From positions 1-64,000 of the forward strand of contig CAVQJC010000002.1 of assembly GCA_963712745.1 (NCBI GenBank): a DNA stretch of 64,000 nt. The letters are read 5' to 3'. The number at the start of each line of letters is the position of its first letter. The first letter of the stretch is position 1. The notes beneath the pieces were generated by a model. That model saw only the letters and a list, made by a program, of their open reading frames with translations. It was not told the origin of the DNA and searched no databases. The translations under genes were made by a program, and so were the position numbers. The DNA comes from an uncultured Chloroflexia bacterium (GTDB taxonomy: Bacteria > Chloroflexota > Limnocylindria > Limnocylindrales > CSP1-4). Positions 21,848-33,902 of this stretch are shown one piece after another.

Positions 21848-23485
21848 GATGCCGTGATGCCCGCGCGCGCCATCGGGTCGCGGTGAGGTGACGTCCGCGG
21901 TCTGCACCTCGCCGTTGCCATCGGTGGCGCGCACCTGGATCTCATGGCGGCCACCGGCGGGCACGATCCAGGGCAGCTTCCACTGTACCCACGTGGCGTC
22001 GTTGAGCGGATCGGACGTCTCGGCCTCTTGCCACTCGCCGTCGATCGCCACTTCCACTCGCTGAACACCTCGGTCCGGAGCCCAGGCCACGCCCGCGATG
22101 GGCACGGTCTCCCCGGCCGTCAGCCTGGCACCGTTGCGAGGCGTGTCGATGCGTGATTGCGTCAGGATGGGCGCCTCCTTGGCCCATCCGAGCGGGACCC
22201 AGTAGCCATCGAAAGCATCGAGCGTGGTCAGCTCGATCTCGCTCAACCACTTGGTAGCGCTGACATAGCCATAGAGCCCGGGGATGATGAGTCGCGCCGG
22301 GTAGCCGTGGTCGACCGGCAGAGGCTGGCCGTTCATGCCGATGGCGATCATCGGCCGGCGCTCGGGATCCATGGCCCACTGGGTCGGAAAGCCGGCCGTG
22401 AAGCCATCTACCGAGCGGCCCACGATCTGGTCGGCCCCCGGCTGCACGCCGGCCATGTCAAGTACTTCGCGCAGGTCCACGCCGGTCCACAGGGCGTTGC
22501 CCACCAGGCGGCCACCGATCTCGTTGGAGACGCACGCGATGGTGACGTACTGCTCGAAGAGGGGCATCGAGCTCAGGTCCTCATAGCTCAACACGACCTC
22601 ACGATCGACCTGACCCTTGACCGTCAGCTGCCACGTGTCGGCGTCGACGCGTGGGCTGATGAGCGACGTATCGATCTTGTAGAACTTGTCGTTGGGCATG
22701 ACGATGGGTGTGATGCCTTCGACATCGAGGGAAGCACCCGCGGGTACTTCCGGCAGGGGCGCCGCGGCGGTCGGCAGCTGGGCCGCCTCGCGCGCTCCTG
22801 CGGGACGGCTCGTCAACAGATTGCGCCCCACCACTCCGAGCACGATCGAGCTGACGGCCACACCGCCACCGACCTGGAGGAAGCGGCGGCGGTCCCAATC
22901 GGGCATGCCGCCCCGGTCGTCACTCGCAGCGGCAGGGGGCACAGCGCCGGCAGCCACAGCGGCAGGCGGCACAGCGGCGGGAGCGGCGCCGGCGGGAGCG
23001 GCCCAAGTCGGTCCGGTCGCCCGAAGCATCAGGCGCAGGACGAACAGCGCCGCGGAGATGGCGACCACCACGGTGACGATGGCCCAGACCGGCTCGACCA
23101 GAGGCCGGGTGAGCGCTGCCACCAGCCCCGCGGCGCCGGCGACGGCGAAGCCGATGACGGCCACGTTCCAGCTGCGGCGGCCGGCGACTCCCAGGAGACC
23201 GGCCAATCCGATGGCTGCGAGGATGATGCCGACGTTCACCGCCAGCTTGTCGTTCTCACCGAAGAGGCCGACCGCGACATCCTTGGCCCACGGTGGCTGA
23301 TACTCGATGATGAAGTCGCCGATGGCGATGATGAGCGAAGGGGCGCCGGCGACCAGGCCTGCCATGAGCTCACCGATGGCGATACCGAGCGCAGCGGCCA
23401 GACCGCCGGCCACGAACGCGGCGAGGTCGGCCGTGCGCGAGTGAACGGCGCCGGACTCAGGAGCGGACGTGGCTGTCGCAGTCAT
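21830..23485 (-). CDS. membrane-anchored sulfite-oxidase-family molybdopterin oxidoreductase
   Basis: N-terminal TMs, internal DRRRFL Tat-like motif, TIACVSNEIGG..GNALWTGV, HGYPARLIIPGLYGYVSATKWL, C-terminal Ig-like dimerisation domain. Confidence 0.92.
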   Translation of the reverse strand: MTATATSAPESGAVHSRTADLAAFVAGGLAAALGIAIGELMAGLVAGAPSLIIAIGDFIIEYQPPWAKDVAVGLFGENDKLAVNVGIILAAIGLAGLLGVAGRRSWNVAVIGFAVAGAAGLVAALTRPLVEPVWAIVTVVVAISAALFVLRLMLRATGPTWAAPAGAAPAAVPPAAVAAGAVPPAAASDDRGGMPDWDRRRFLQVGGGVAVSSIVLGVVGRNLLTSRPAGAREAAQLPTAAAPLPEVPAGASLDVEGITPIVMPNDKFYKIDTSLISPRVDADTWQLTVKGQVDREVVLSYEDLSSMPLFEQYVTIACVSNEIGGRLVGNALWTGVDLREVLDMAGVQPGADQIVGRSVDGFTAGFPTQWAMDPERRPMIAIGMNGQPLPVDHGYPARLIIPGLYGYVSATKWLSEIELTTLDAFDGYWVPLGWAKEAPILTQSRIDTPRNGARLTAGETVPIAGVAWAPDRGVQRVEVAIDGEWQEAETSDPLNDATWVQWKLPWIVPAGGRHEIQVRATDGNGEVQTADVTSPRPDGARGHHGIRVDVG

Positions 23486-23550
23486 GGGAGCGTATCCAAG
23501 CAGGTGTCTGTGACGTTCCGACGACGGATACGGTGCGGCATACTCGGAGC

Positions 23551-24099
23551 ATGACGTACCAGACGATCGACCAGCTCGAAGCAGGCATGGCCGGCGTGCT
23601 CGACACGCCCACCGCGGAGGGTCCGGTGCGGCTGGTGGTGCGGCGGCCGGCCAAGGGTGAGCGCGAGATCCTCGAGGAAGGTCAGCTCGACACCGAGCTG
23701 GGGCTCGTAGGCGATGACTGGATCAACCGCCCCGGCATGAACTCCGACAAGCCCAGCCCCTACGCCCAGGTCACGGTCATGAACGCGCGCTTCGCCGAGC
23801 TCATCTCGAATGATCCGGACCCGCAGGCGTGGGCCCAGTGCGGCGACCAGCTCTACGTCGATCTCGACCTCTCCGAGGCCAACCTGCCGGCCGGCTCCCG
23901 CATCAGCGTGGGTGAGGCCATCCTCGAGGTCCAGGCCGAACCCCATACCGGCTGCGACCAGTTCCGCGGTTGGTGGGGCGCCGACGCGCTGAGGGTCGCG
24001 AACGGCCCCAGGTACCGGCATCTGCGGCTGCGAGGCGCCAACACCGTCGTCGTGCAGTCGGGCAAGGTGCGACCCGGGGACTTCGCGCGCAAGATCTGA
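23551..24099 (+). CDS. MOSC domain protein
   Basis: GLVGDDW, GDQLYVDLDLSEANLPAGSR, PHTGC..F, LRGAN..VV..G.VRPGD. Confidence 0.88.
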   Translation: MTYQTIDQLEAGMAGVLDTPTAEGPVRLVVRRPAKGEREILEEGQLDTELGLVGDDWINRPGMNSDKPSPYAQVTVMNARFAELISNDPDPQAWAQCGDQLYVDLDLSEANLPAGSRISVGEAILEVQAEPHTGCDQFRGWWGADALRVANGPRYRHLRLRGANTVVVQSGKVRPGDFARKI

Positions 24100-24109
24100 A
24101 GGAGGGCAA

Positions 24110-24129
24110 CCTCAGGCCTTGGCCTGAGG
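24110..24129 (+). terminator. hairpin after the MOSC gene, possible terminator
   Basis: cctcaggcc-tt-ggcctgagg perfect inverted repeat; no U-tract. Confidence 0.45.
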
Positions 24130-24473
24130 GCAAGTGCCGGAAGTAGCCCACGACGCTGGCCGGTCCGGAGCGCATAGCGCGGCCAAGGACATCGTTGAGC
24201 GTGGCCGCGCGACCCTATCGGACGTCACGGCGGCACATCGACAGCACCCAGGCGCGTCGCTGCTCCCGTCCTGACATCGTGATCGCGTCCTCCATCGGCG
24301 GTGAGTGACGAAGTCACTGACCAGTCGGCGCGGACAAATTCACTGCGCAGTTGGCGCGAACAGATCCACTGAGCAACAACACACAACGTGCTTCCACTTG
24401 ACGCGCCTGCGACCATACATGCATCCCGAGCCCGGGGGGCTGTGCAGCGGGCCGGAGCGAGCAGAGGTGCTCG

Positions 24474-24782
24474 ATGGCTACCAGTGAGCCCATCGCGGCG
24501 ACCGTCATCCGTGAGCCATCGCCCGACGCCGTCTGCAGCTGCGACCATCCGGTGGGCTGCGACTGCATCTGCCACGACCGCTTCTGCGATCCGGCGGTCG
24601 ACGTCTGCCACCTGGACTACCTGCCCGACGAGGGCGGCTACGCGTACTGGGGCTGTCCCCGATGCACGCCCGGCCAGGAAGCACCACATTTCCTGGGCTG
24701 CGAGCTCATCGGCTGGAACGTGCCGATGCCCATCGCCTCACCCGTGCGCGGGGGCGGAATCTCCTTCTCAGCCTTCGTCTGA
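24474..24782 (+). CDS. small Cys/His-rich hypothetical protein (102 aa)
   Basis: GAGGTG RBS, GC3-biased codons, 10 Cys and 4 His. Confidence 0.65.
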   Translation: MATSEPIAATVIREPSPDAVCSCDHPVGCDCICHDRFCDPAVDVCHLDYLPDEGGYAYWGCPRCTPGQEAPHFLGCELIGWNVPMPIASPVRGGGISFSAFV

Positions 24783-24835
24783 GCATAGCCTCCATCTGAC
24801 CGGGGCCGCTCTTCGCAGGGCGGCCCGGGCATCGC

Positions 24836-25819
24836 TCAACCGGCGGACACCTCGGTCGTGTCGGCGGGGCCGGTCGCATCGGCATCAGGGTCGGGCCCCA
24901 TCGGCTCGGCCTTGGGATGCTCGTCGCTGGCTTCGAAGCCCTGGGCCACTCGACCCACCACGACCACGGCCGCGAAGGCCACTACGGACAGCCCGACGGC
25001 GACGAGCCAGTCACCCTCCGGGACGCCGATGGCTGTCGACTCCACGCCCCCCGGCCAGGGCCAGAGCACGCGGACCGAGCCTGCCATGAGCCCGATGAGG
25101 ACCGCCATCACCAGGTCGTGATAGCGCTGGAGGGCCAGGTGCAGGACCTGCGAGAACGTCGCCAGGCCGACCACGATGCCCGCGCCGAAGGCCAGCAGCG
25201 GCACGATGTCTAGCGACTTGAGAGCGTCGAGGGCGGGGCCGTACATGCCCATGACCACGAGCAGGAACGAGCCCGAGACGCCGGGCAGGATCATGGCACA
25301 GATGGCGATGGCCCCGGCGATGAAGAAGGCCCAAAGTGCGGGCTGCGAAGCCTGGCTCACGGCCTCCTCGCTGGTGCCGTGGACCAGCCCCAGCAGCACG
25401 AACGTGGCGACACCGACAGCAGCGATGATGAGGGCGTGGAGCGCGGCCGGCCGGCGCACGAGGCGCCAGGCCACCACGACGGAGCCCGCCACCAGCCCGA
25501 GGAAGATGGCCGACATCGCCTCTGGCTGCTCGTGCAGCTGGTCGCTGATGACCCGTGCCAGGGTCAGGAAGGCCACCCCGATGCCGGCCACCAAGGGGAG
25601 GATGAAGGCCCACTCGACCGCGGCCATCCAGGTGCGGAACCCGTCGACGTCGCGACGTACCAGCAGCGTCAGCGCCTTCGAGCCCGCGCGCACCGAGGCG
25701 ATGAAGCGTTCGTAGATACCGAGTACCAGCGCGACGGTGCCGCCGGAGACGCCGGGCACGATGTCGGCGGAGCCCATGGCGAAGCCACGGATGAAGTGCA
25801 GGATGGTGTGGACGAGCAT
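24836..25819 (-). CDS. DUF368 family membrane protein (undecaprenyl-phosphate translocase-like)
   Basis: GFAMGSADIVPGVSGGTVAL and AICAMILPGVSGSFLL internal repeats. Confidence 0.92.
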   Translation of the reverse strand: MLVHTILHFIRGFAMGSADIVPGVSGGTVALVLGIYERFIASVRAGSKALTLLVRRDVDGFRTWMAAVEWAFILPLVAGIGVAFLTLARVISDQLHEQPEAMSAIFLGLVAGSVVVAWRLVRRPAALHALIIAAVGVATFVLLGLVHGTSEEAVSQASQPALWAFFIAGAIAICAMILPGVSGSFLLVVMGMYGPALDALKSLDIVPLLAFGAGIVVGLATFSQVLHLALQRYHDLVMAVLIGLMAGSVRVLWPWPGGVESTAIGVPEGDWLVAVGLSVVAFAAVVVVGRVAQGFEASDEHPKAEPMGPDPDADATGPADTTEVSAG

Positions 25820-25890
25820 GGAGACCGAGTATAGGTTCGGCTTGCCGTTCAGAATCGCGCGGACGCCTCACCACGCAGGAGAGACCCACC

Positions 25891-26478
25891 ATGCAGACGA
25901 TCCCCTGGGCCGAGATGAGCTGGTTCAACGAGCCGCCCGCGGCGCGGGTCGAGGGTGACCGGCTCGTCGTCGAGACCGGCACCAACACCGACTTCTGGCG
26001 TGCCACCGCCTACGGCTTCACGCACGACGACGGCCATTTCCTGGGCGTACCGCTCCCGCACGAAGCCGCCATCGAGGTCAGCTTCCGGGCGGACTTCGAG
26101 GCCCAGTTCGACCAGGCCGGCCTGATGCTGCGGGCTGACTCGCAGACGTGGCTCAAGACCGGCGTGGAGCTCAGCGACGGCCAGCTCTTCGCCAGCGTGG
26201 TGGTGACCAACGGGATGTCCGACTGGTCGGTCGCTCCCCTCGCCGAAGTCGGCGGGCGAGCCCTGACCTTCCGAGCCAGCCGCAAGGGCGACGGCGTGAC
26301 GGTTCGCTACCGCCTCGGGGAGGAGCCACGCTGGCAGCTCCTGCGCGTGGCCTACCTGCCGCCCGAGATGGAGCTGACGGGAGGGCCCATGTGCTGCTCG
26401 CCCACTCGCGGTGGGCTCGGCGTCAGCTTCGGGCCCGTGCTCGTGGGCCCGCCGGACGCGTCGCTGCACGAGGGCTAG
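25891..26478 (+). CDS. DUF1349 domain protein
   Basis: TDFWRAT.YGF.HDDGH, QFDQAGLM, WLKTGVE, SDWS, GPMCCSP. Confidence 0.9.
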   Translation: MQTIPWAEMSWFNEPPAARVEGDRLVVETGTNTDFWRATAYGFTHDDGHFLGVPLPHEAAIEVSFRADFEAQFDQAGLMLRADSQTWLKTGVELSDGQLFASVVVTNGMSDWSVAPLAEVGGRALTFRASRKGDGVTVRYRLGEEPRWQLLRVAYLPPEMELTGGPMCCSPTRGGLGVSFGPVLVGPPDASLHEG

Positions 26479-27499
26479 CGACCTTCGCGGCCTTGCCCTT
26501 GGCCTTCGGCTTCTGCCTGGAGCCGGGCTGCGGCTTGCTCCCGGGCCCGTTCGTGGCCGCGCGTCCCGCGACCACCACGGGCGAGGACCCGGGGGTCTTG
26601 GCGGGCAGGTCATCCTCCGACCACAGCACCTGCGCCGCCGGCACCGCGGCCGCAGCCGATTCGACGTGGACGCGCTGGTCATCGAAGAAGATATGCGCCC
26701 CGAACGCTGCCAGCACCGCGGCCTTGTCGACACCGCCGAGGAAGTAGGTCTCGTCGACGTTCACGCCCCAGGCGCGCAGCGTGTTGATGACGCGGTAGTG
26801 GGCAGGCGCCGCGCGGGCCGTGACGAGGGCCGTGCGGATGGGCGAGGTGGCCCCGAAATGCGCCTGGATGCGACCGAGGCCCTCGAGGAAGGGACGGAAC
26901 GGACCTGCCGACATGGGTTCGTCGGCATGTCGCGCCTCGTACTCGTGGAAGGCGTCCAGGCCCTGGCTGTCGAAGACCTGCTGGGAGGCATCGCCGAAGA
27001 GCACAGCGTCGCCGTCGAAGGCGATGCGGACCTCGTTGACATCCTCGTTGGCCAGCTTGGCGCCGGGCATGATGAGTGCGGCCGCTACGCCCTGCTCGCG
27101 CGCCTTGAGCACCTGAGACGGCTCCGCCGAGAGGAAGACGTCGCAGTGGAGTGCGGGCAGCAGCGGCCACGGCTCGCGCCCGCCGCGAAACACGCCGCGC
27201 GTGATGTCGAGGCCGTGGGCTTCGACCGAGCGCAGCACGCGCATGCCGGTGTCGGCGTCGTTGCGGCTGAAGATGATGACCTCGACGAGCTGCTCGCCGG
27301 CCCGGGCGTTGACGTTGAGCAGGCCCCTGACCAGGGGGAAGGCGGTCCCACGAGCGAGGACGTCGTGCTCGTGCGCACGCTGATAGGCGCGGTATGCGGA
27401 GAGGCCCTCGCGCTCGAAGACGTCGTTGGCGTCACTGAGATCGAAGAGGGCACGCGAAGAGATGCCCACCACGAGCTTGTCTTCAAGTGTCTCAGGCAT
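26423..27499 (-). CDS. 5'-nucleotidase (cytosolic cN-I-like family)
   Basis: LVVGISSRALFDL, SRNDADTG.R, RIAFDGDAVLF, TARAAPAH.RVI.TLR.WG, HIFFDDQ. Confidence 0.92.
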   Translation of the reverse strand: MPETLEDKLVVGISSRALFDLSDANDVFEREGLSAYRAYQRAHEHDVLARGTAFPLVRGLLNVNARAGEQLVEVIIFSRNDADTGMRVLRSVEAHGLDITRGVFRGGREPWPLLPALHCDVFLSAEPSQVLKAREQGVAAALIMPGAKLANEDVNEVRIAFDGDAVLFGDASQQVFDSQGLDAFHEYEARHADEPMSAGPFRPFLEGLGRIQAHFGATSPIRTALVTARAAPAHYRVINTLRAWGVNVDETYFLGGVDKAAVLAAFGAHIFFDDQRVHVESAAAAVPAAQVLWSEDDLPAKTPGSSPVVVAGRAATNGPGSKPQPGSRQKPKAKGKAAKVASPRAATRPAGPRARARS

Positions 27500-27704
27500 G
27501 CGACGACCTCGGCCGGGCCGGCGTGGTGCCGACCGGACCATTGACTGTCGGTCTTGTGGGGTACCGCGTCAAGTGGGCCCTTTGTCACATGACCACATGG
27601 CGAGTCCCGGGTCCCGTCCCGAGCGTGGGACCCGGGTCGTTCGAGGGTGCTAGCCTCGAGGCCTCCCCGAGACGTTCGCCGACCCGACCGAGGAGCACAC
27701 AAGG

Positions 27705-29567
27705 ATGGCCAACCGCACGCCCTATCTGCGCGACCCGGACTTCTCGAGGCCGCTGCTCGAGATCGACGAGGCGATCCACGAGCACATGTGCGAGCGGCTC
27801 GCGTTCCTCTACGGGCGCAAGACCGCAGAAGCCTGGATGCCCGAACTCGAGCGCATCCTCAAGGTGCACTACGCGCACAAGCCGCCCGAGCTCATCGAGC
27901 ACGAGGCCACGCTGGAACCGGCCGAGCGATTCACCGAGCGCGACATGATCCTCATCACCTACGCCGACGCGGTGCGCAGCCGCGAGGCCACCGGCATCGA
28001 GGCCCTGCACCGCTTCGTGGAGACGTACTACGACGCCATCAACACCATCCACATGCTGCCGTTCTTCCCCTACTCGTCCGATCGCGGCTTCGCGGTCGTG
28101 GACTTCAAGGCGGTCGACCCCAAGGTCGGGTCATGGGACCAGGTGCGTGAGCTGGCCTTCGACTACGACCTCATGTTCGACGCGGTGTTCAACCACGCCT
28201 CCTCACGCTCGGAGATGTTCCGAGGCTTCCTGCGCGGGGACCCGCAGTACGACGATTTCTTCATCGCCTACGACTCGCCCGACGACCTCACCGCGGAGCA
28301 GCGCAGCAAGATCTTCCGCCCCAGGACATCGGACATCCTCACGCGCTACGAGACCATCGACGGGCCCAAGTACATCTGGACGACCTTCTCGTCCGACCAG
28401 ATCGACTTCAACTTCCGCAACCCGCGGGTGCTGCTGGCGGTGCTCGAGGCGCTGCTCTTCTACGTCCGACGAGGCGCCGACATCATCCGTCTCGACGCGG
28501 TCACATACCTGTGGTCGGAGCCCGGGACCGAGTCGATCCACCTGCCCCAGACCCACGAGATCATCAAGCTCCTGCGCGACGTGCTCGACACGGTGGCGCC
28601 GGGCGTGGCCCTGGTGACCGAGACGAACGTGCCCCACGAGCAGAACATCTCCTACTTCGGTGACGGCACCGATGAAGCGCACATGGTCTACAACTTCGCC
28701 CTGCCACCGCTGGTGCTGCACACGTTCTACAGCGAGGACACGACCGCCATCAGCGAGTGGGCCGCGAGCCTCGAGCTGCCCTCCGAGCAGACCCACTTCT
28801 TCAACATGCTCGACACCCACGACGGGGTCGGCGTGCAGGGCGTCAAGGGCATCCTCAGCCGCGAGCAGATCGAGGCCATGATCGAGCGGGCCAAGGAGCA
28901 CGGAGCCTATGTCTCGTACAAGGGCACCGAGGCCGGCGAGGAACCGTACGAGATCAACACGACCTGGTGGAGCGCCATCAACCTGGACGGCTCGACCGAG
29001 CCTATCGCCCTGCAAGTGAAGCGATACGTGGCCTCACGCTCGATCGCGCTGGTGCTCAAGGGCATCCCCGGCATCTACACCCACGGAGCCATCGCCCTGC
29101 CCAACGACCACGCGCTAGTGGAGAAGAGCGGCGTGAAGCGCGACGTCAACCGCGGTGTCATCGACACTGAGATCTTCCGCCAGCACCTGCACCAGCCCGG
29201 CTCGAAGCGATCGCTGTTGCGCCTGGAGCAGCGAGAGATCTCCAAGATGCGGACACGCTCGCGAGCGTTCCACCCGCGCGGCCAGATGCATGTGCTGACC
29301 CCGTCGGCGCAGGTCTTCGCGGTGCTGCGCGTCTCGCCCGAGGGGGATCGCCGCGTACTGGCGCTCACCAATGTGACCAACGAGGTCGTGCGGCTCGAGT
29401 GCCCGATCGAGGACCTGGGCGTGAGCGACAAGGCCTGGTACGACCTGGTGGCGGGTGAACATTGGAACGGCTCACCGGAATCGCTGCGGGTCGAGCTGGG
29501 CCCATACGACGTGATGTGGCTGGTGCCCACGCGAGAGCGCCTGGAGGACCGCCGCGCCGGCCGTTGA
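27705..29567 (+). CDS. GH13_18 sugar phosphorylase, probably glucosylglycerate phosphorylase
   Basis: LITYAD, HMLPFFPYSSDRGF, WTTFSSDQID, RLDAV, TETNVPH, HDG, PYEIN. Confidence 0.88.
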   Translation: MANRTPYLRDPDFSRPLLEIDEAIHEHMCERLAFLYGRKTAEAWMPELERILKVHYAHKPPELIEHEATLEPAERFTERDMILITYADAVRSREATGIEALHRFVETYYDAINTIHMLPFFPYSSDRGFAVVDFKAVDPKVGSWDQVRELAFDYDLMFDAVFNHASSRSEMFRGFLRGDPQYDDFFIAYDSPDDLTAEQRSKIFRPRTSDILTRYETIDGPKYIWTTFSSDQIDFNFRNPRVLLAVLEALLFYVRRGADIIRLDAVTYLWSEPGTESIHLPQTHEIIKLLRDVLDTVAPGVALVTETNVPHEQNISYFGDGTDEAHMVYNFALPPLVLHTFYSEDTTAISEWAASLELPSEQTHFFNMLDTHDGVGVQGVKGILSREQIEAMIERAKEHGAYVSYKGTEAGEEPYEINTTWWSAINLDGSTEPIALQVKRYVASRSIALVLKGIPGIYTHGAIALPNDHALVEKSGVKRDVNRGVIDTEIFRQHLHQPGSKRSLLRLEQREISKMRTRSRAFHPRGQMHVLTPSAQVFAVLRVSPEGDRRVLALTNVTNEVVRLECPIEDLGVSDKAWYDLVAGEHWNGSPESLRVELGPYDVMWLVPTRERLEDRRAGR

Positions 29568-29645
29568 CCGGCAGCTCTGAAGGCTGGAGCGCCGCACGCG
29601 CACGCGGGGGCTTGACTGGCGTTCGGACTGGACTGGACTAGGTCC

Positions 29646-29764
29646 ATGGCTGCATCCGAGCCCAAGGCGACCGTCAGTATCCACAGGCCATGATCGAGGG
29701 TCTGACCATCGTGACCCGGGACCCGGCGTTCGAGGCCTACGGCGTACCGCTTCTGACAGCCTGA
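29646..29764 (+). pseudogene. internally deleted phd/yefM-vapC toxin-antitoxin operon remnant
   Basis: Antitoxin N-terminus MAASEPKATVSIH joined to a PIN-toxin C-terminus QAMIEGLTIVTRDPAFEAYGVPLLTA*; operator-like ggactaggtcc just upstream. Confidence 0.7.
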
Positions 29765-29869
29765 GGTCGGGCCGAAGGACTCTACCGGCGACCACGGCGG
29801 CGCGCCACGGTATGGGCGCACCTCGAAGGCACTGCGACGAGCGCTGCCCGGGGCGCACGGGAGGCGATC

Positions 29870-31190
<1,321 letters not shown>

Positions 31191-31285
31191 GCCCACGGCG
31201 ATTCGCAGGTCCTTCGTCACTAGCCGAACAGCGCACGGCGATCTAGGTTCGTCTTGGGGCCGACTGGTCCCGAAGGAGATGAACC

Positions 31286-31888
31286 ATGCACAGGATGTGC
31301 ATCTTTGCGGCGGTCGCGGCAGTGCTGCTGTCGGCCTCCCCTGCCCTCGGTGCAGGGGCAGAACGGTATGAGGACGCCGTTGGCGACGCGGTCGGAGACT
31401 CCCCGGACATCGTGGCCATCACCGTCAGCGAGCCCGAGGACGGACCGACCATCCGCTTCCAGATCGAGCTGGCGCCGGAGCGCCCCTTCGGCACGGACAT
31501 GGAGACGTGGACGGACACCGTCTTCATCCTCATGTCGCACAAGCCGGATGTGGACGAGCGAGGAATCCTCGCGAGCGACCCCTACACGACGGGCACCCAC
31601 GGTGTCACCCTCCCGATGCAGGAGCAGACAGGCGCCCTCCTCGTCACCGAGTCCGACATGTACTGGAACGTGGTCGACGTGGACGCAGCTGGATCGGTGC
31701 TCACGTTCACCCTGGACCGGAAGCTCATCGGTAGCCCGCTGGACCTGTACTGGCAGGTGCTGCTGGGCGTCGAACGTTTCGAGGATGACGCGGAAGGAGA
31801 CGAGGGCGAGGGCGAGATGGAGGGTGATGGCTATCCGGAGCTCGACCAACCCCCCGCACGATACCGCCTCGGTGCGACCGACTGGTAG
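31286..31888 (+). CDS. secreted acidic hypothetical protein
   Basis: AGGAGA RBS, signal peptide, DAVGD/PDI motif. Confidence 0.75.
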   Translation: MHRMCIFAAVAAVLLSASPALGAGAERYEDAVGDAVGDSPDIVAITVSEPEDGPTIRFQIELAPERPFGTDMETWTDTVFILMSHKPDVDERGILASDPYTTGTHGVTLPMQEQTGALLVTESDMYWNVVDVDAAGSVLTFTLDRKLIGSPLDLYWQVLLGVERFEDDAEGDEGEGEMEGDGYPELDQPPARYRLGATDW

Positions 31889-31918
31889 TGGGCCGGCCGC
31901 GGTCGCTCGGCGCGAGGG

Positions 31919-33616
31919 CTACCCGGCCTTGCCCTGGTTCTGCAGCTTGGCCCAGGCGTCCTTGAGCGTGACCGTGCGGTCGAACACGGGCCTGCCCGGC
32001 ACCGAGTCGGGGTCGGCGCAGAAGTAGCCCAGGCGCTCGAACTGGATGGTCGTGCCCACCGGCGTCTGGGCCGCGGCGGGTTCGAGATAGCACTCGCGCA
32101 GGACGTGCTCCGACTGGGGGTCGAGATCGTCGAGCAGGTCACCGTCGGCGCCCGGATCGGGCCGTGTGAAGAGCGGCCCGTAGAGACGGACCTCGGCGGG
32201 CACCGCGTGGGCCGCCGAGACCCAGTGCAGCGTGGCCTTGGGACGCCGGCCGTCGGGCGCGTCGCCACCGCGGGTCCGGGGGTCGTATGAGCAGCGCAGT
32301 TCGACGATCTGGCCCTCGGCGTCCTTGACCACTTCGTCGCAGGTGATGAAGTAGGCGTAGCGCAAGCGCACCTCCCGGCCCGGAGCAAGTCGGTAGAACT
32401 TGCGCGGCGGGTCCTCCATGAAGTCGTCACGCTCGATCCAGAGCTCGCGACCGAAGGACACCTTGCGCGTGCCGGCCGACGCGTCCTCGGGGTTGTTCAC
32501 CGCCTCGAGCTCGTCGACCTCATCCTCGGGGTAGTTGGTGATGACGACCTTGAGCGGGTCCAGCACCGCCATGCGCCGCTGCGCATCGCGGTTGAGGACC
32601 TGGCGCACGTGGTATTCGAGGCGGGCCAGCTCGACGGTGGAATCGGCCTTGCTCACCCCGATGGCGGCAGCGAAGTCGCGGATGCCATCCGCGGGGTAGC
32701 CACGGCGGCGCAGGCCGGCGATGGTGGGCATGCGCGGATCGTCCCAGCCACGCACCCGGCCCTCCTGGACCAGGCGCAGGAGGAAGCGCTTCGAGAGCAC
32801 GGTCCAGGTCAGGTTGAGGCGCGCGAACTCGTACTGGTGCGGGACTGCCGGCACCGGCAGGTGGGCGATGAGCCAGTCGTAGAGCGGACGGTGGTTCTCG
32901 AACTCGAGCGTGCAGATGGAGTGGGTGATGCCCTCGATGGCGTCCGACTGCCCGTGCGCGAAGTCGTACGTGGGGTAGATGCTCCAGGCATCGCCGGTAC
33001 GCGGATGCGAGGCGTGGACGATGCGGTAGAGGATGGGGTCGCGCAGGTTGATGTTGGGCGCGGCCATGTCGATCTTCGCGCGCAGCACGGGGCCGCCGTC
33101 GGGGAACTCGCCTGCGCGCATGCGCGCGAAGAGTTCGAGGTTCTCGTCGGCGCTGCGGTCTCGGTACGGGCTCGGTCGGCCCGGCTCGGTGAGCGTGCCG
33201 CGGTATTCGCGGATCTGGTCGCCGGAAAGATCGTCGACGTAGGCCAGGCCCTGCTCGATGAGGTGGACCGCCCAGGCGTAGAGCTGCTCGAAGTAGTCCG
33301 AGGCGTAGTAGAGGTGCTCACCCCAGTCGGCACCCAGCCAGCGCACATCGGCCTCGATGGCGTCGATGTACTCCTGCTCCTCCTTGGTGGGGTTGGTGTC
33401 GTCGAAGCGCAGGTGGAAGCGGCCACCGAACTCCTGCGCGATGCCGTGGTTGAGCGCGATCGACTTGGCATGGCCGATGTGGAGATGGCCGTTGGGCTCC
33501 GGCGGAAAGCGGGTGACGATGGTCTCGTAGCGGCCGGCCGCCACGTCCGCAGCCACGATGTCGCGGATGAAATCGGACGGACGTTCGGACGAGTCGGGGT
33601 TGGGCTGGCTGTTCAC
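31919..33616 (-). CDS. glnS: glutamine--tRNA ligase
   Basis: [65 protein letters not shown]. Confidence 0.96.
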   Translation of the reverse strand: MNSQPNPDSSERPSDFIRDIVAADVAAGRYETIVTRFPPEPNGHLHIGHAKSIALNHGIAQEFGGRFHLRFDDTNPTKEEQEYIDAIEADVRWLGADWGEHLYYASDYFEQLYAWAVHLIEQGLAYVDDLSGDQIREYRGTLTEPGRPSPYRDRSADENLELFARMRAGEFPDGGPVLRAKIDMAAPNINLRDPILYRIVHASHPRTGDAWSIYPTYDFAHGQSDAIEGITHSICTLEFENHRPLYDWLIAHLPVPAVPHQYEFARLNLTWTVLSKRFLLRLVQEGRVRGWDDPRMPTIAGLRRRGYPADGIRDFAAAIGVSKADSTVELARLEYHVRQVLNRDAQRRMAVLDPLKVVITNYPEDEVDELEAVNNPEDASAGTRKVSFGRELWIERDDFMEDPPRKFYRLAPGREVRLRYAYFITCDEVVKDAEGQIVELRCSYDPRTRGGDAPDGRRPKATLHWVSAAHAVPAEVRLYGPLFTRPDPGADGDLLDDLDPQSEHVLRECYLEPAAAQTPVGTTIQFERLGYFCADPDSVPGRPVFDRTVTLKDAWAKLQNQGKAG

Positions 33617-33902
33617 AGGTCGGACCGGGGGCTACAGGTATTGGTGGCTCCAACGGTACCCGCTGCCGGGTCAGCGCGTGTTCGGCCTCGCGTCCGCGCC
33701 GATGATCGATGAAGCCCTCCTTCGACGGGGCGAGCGCCTGGCAGCCGGAGTTCCGCTCCTCGGTGCTCGCGTCGACCGGGCTCAGGCCATCGGGTGCACG
33801 GGTCGCTGGACCGTCGAGGAAGGCAGCCGGGATCGCTCTATCACCCGGGCGCGCCAGGCCGGCTCGCGCCAGTCGCTCCGAATGTCCCGTGGGGTCCTTT
33901 CC

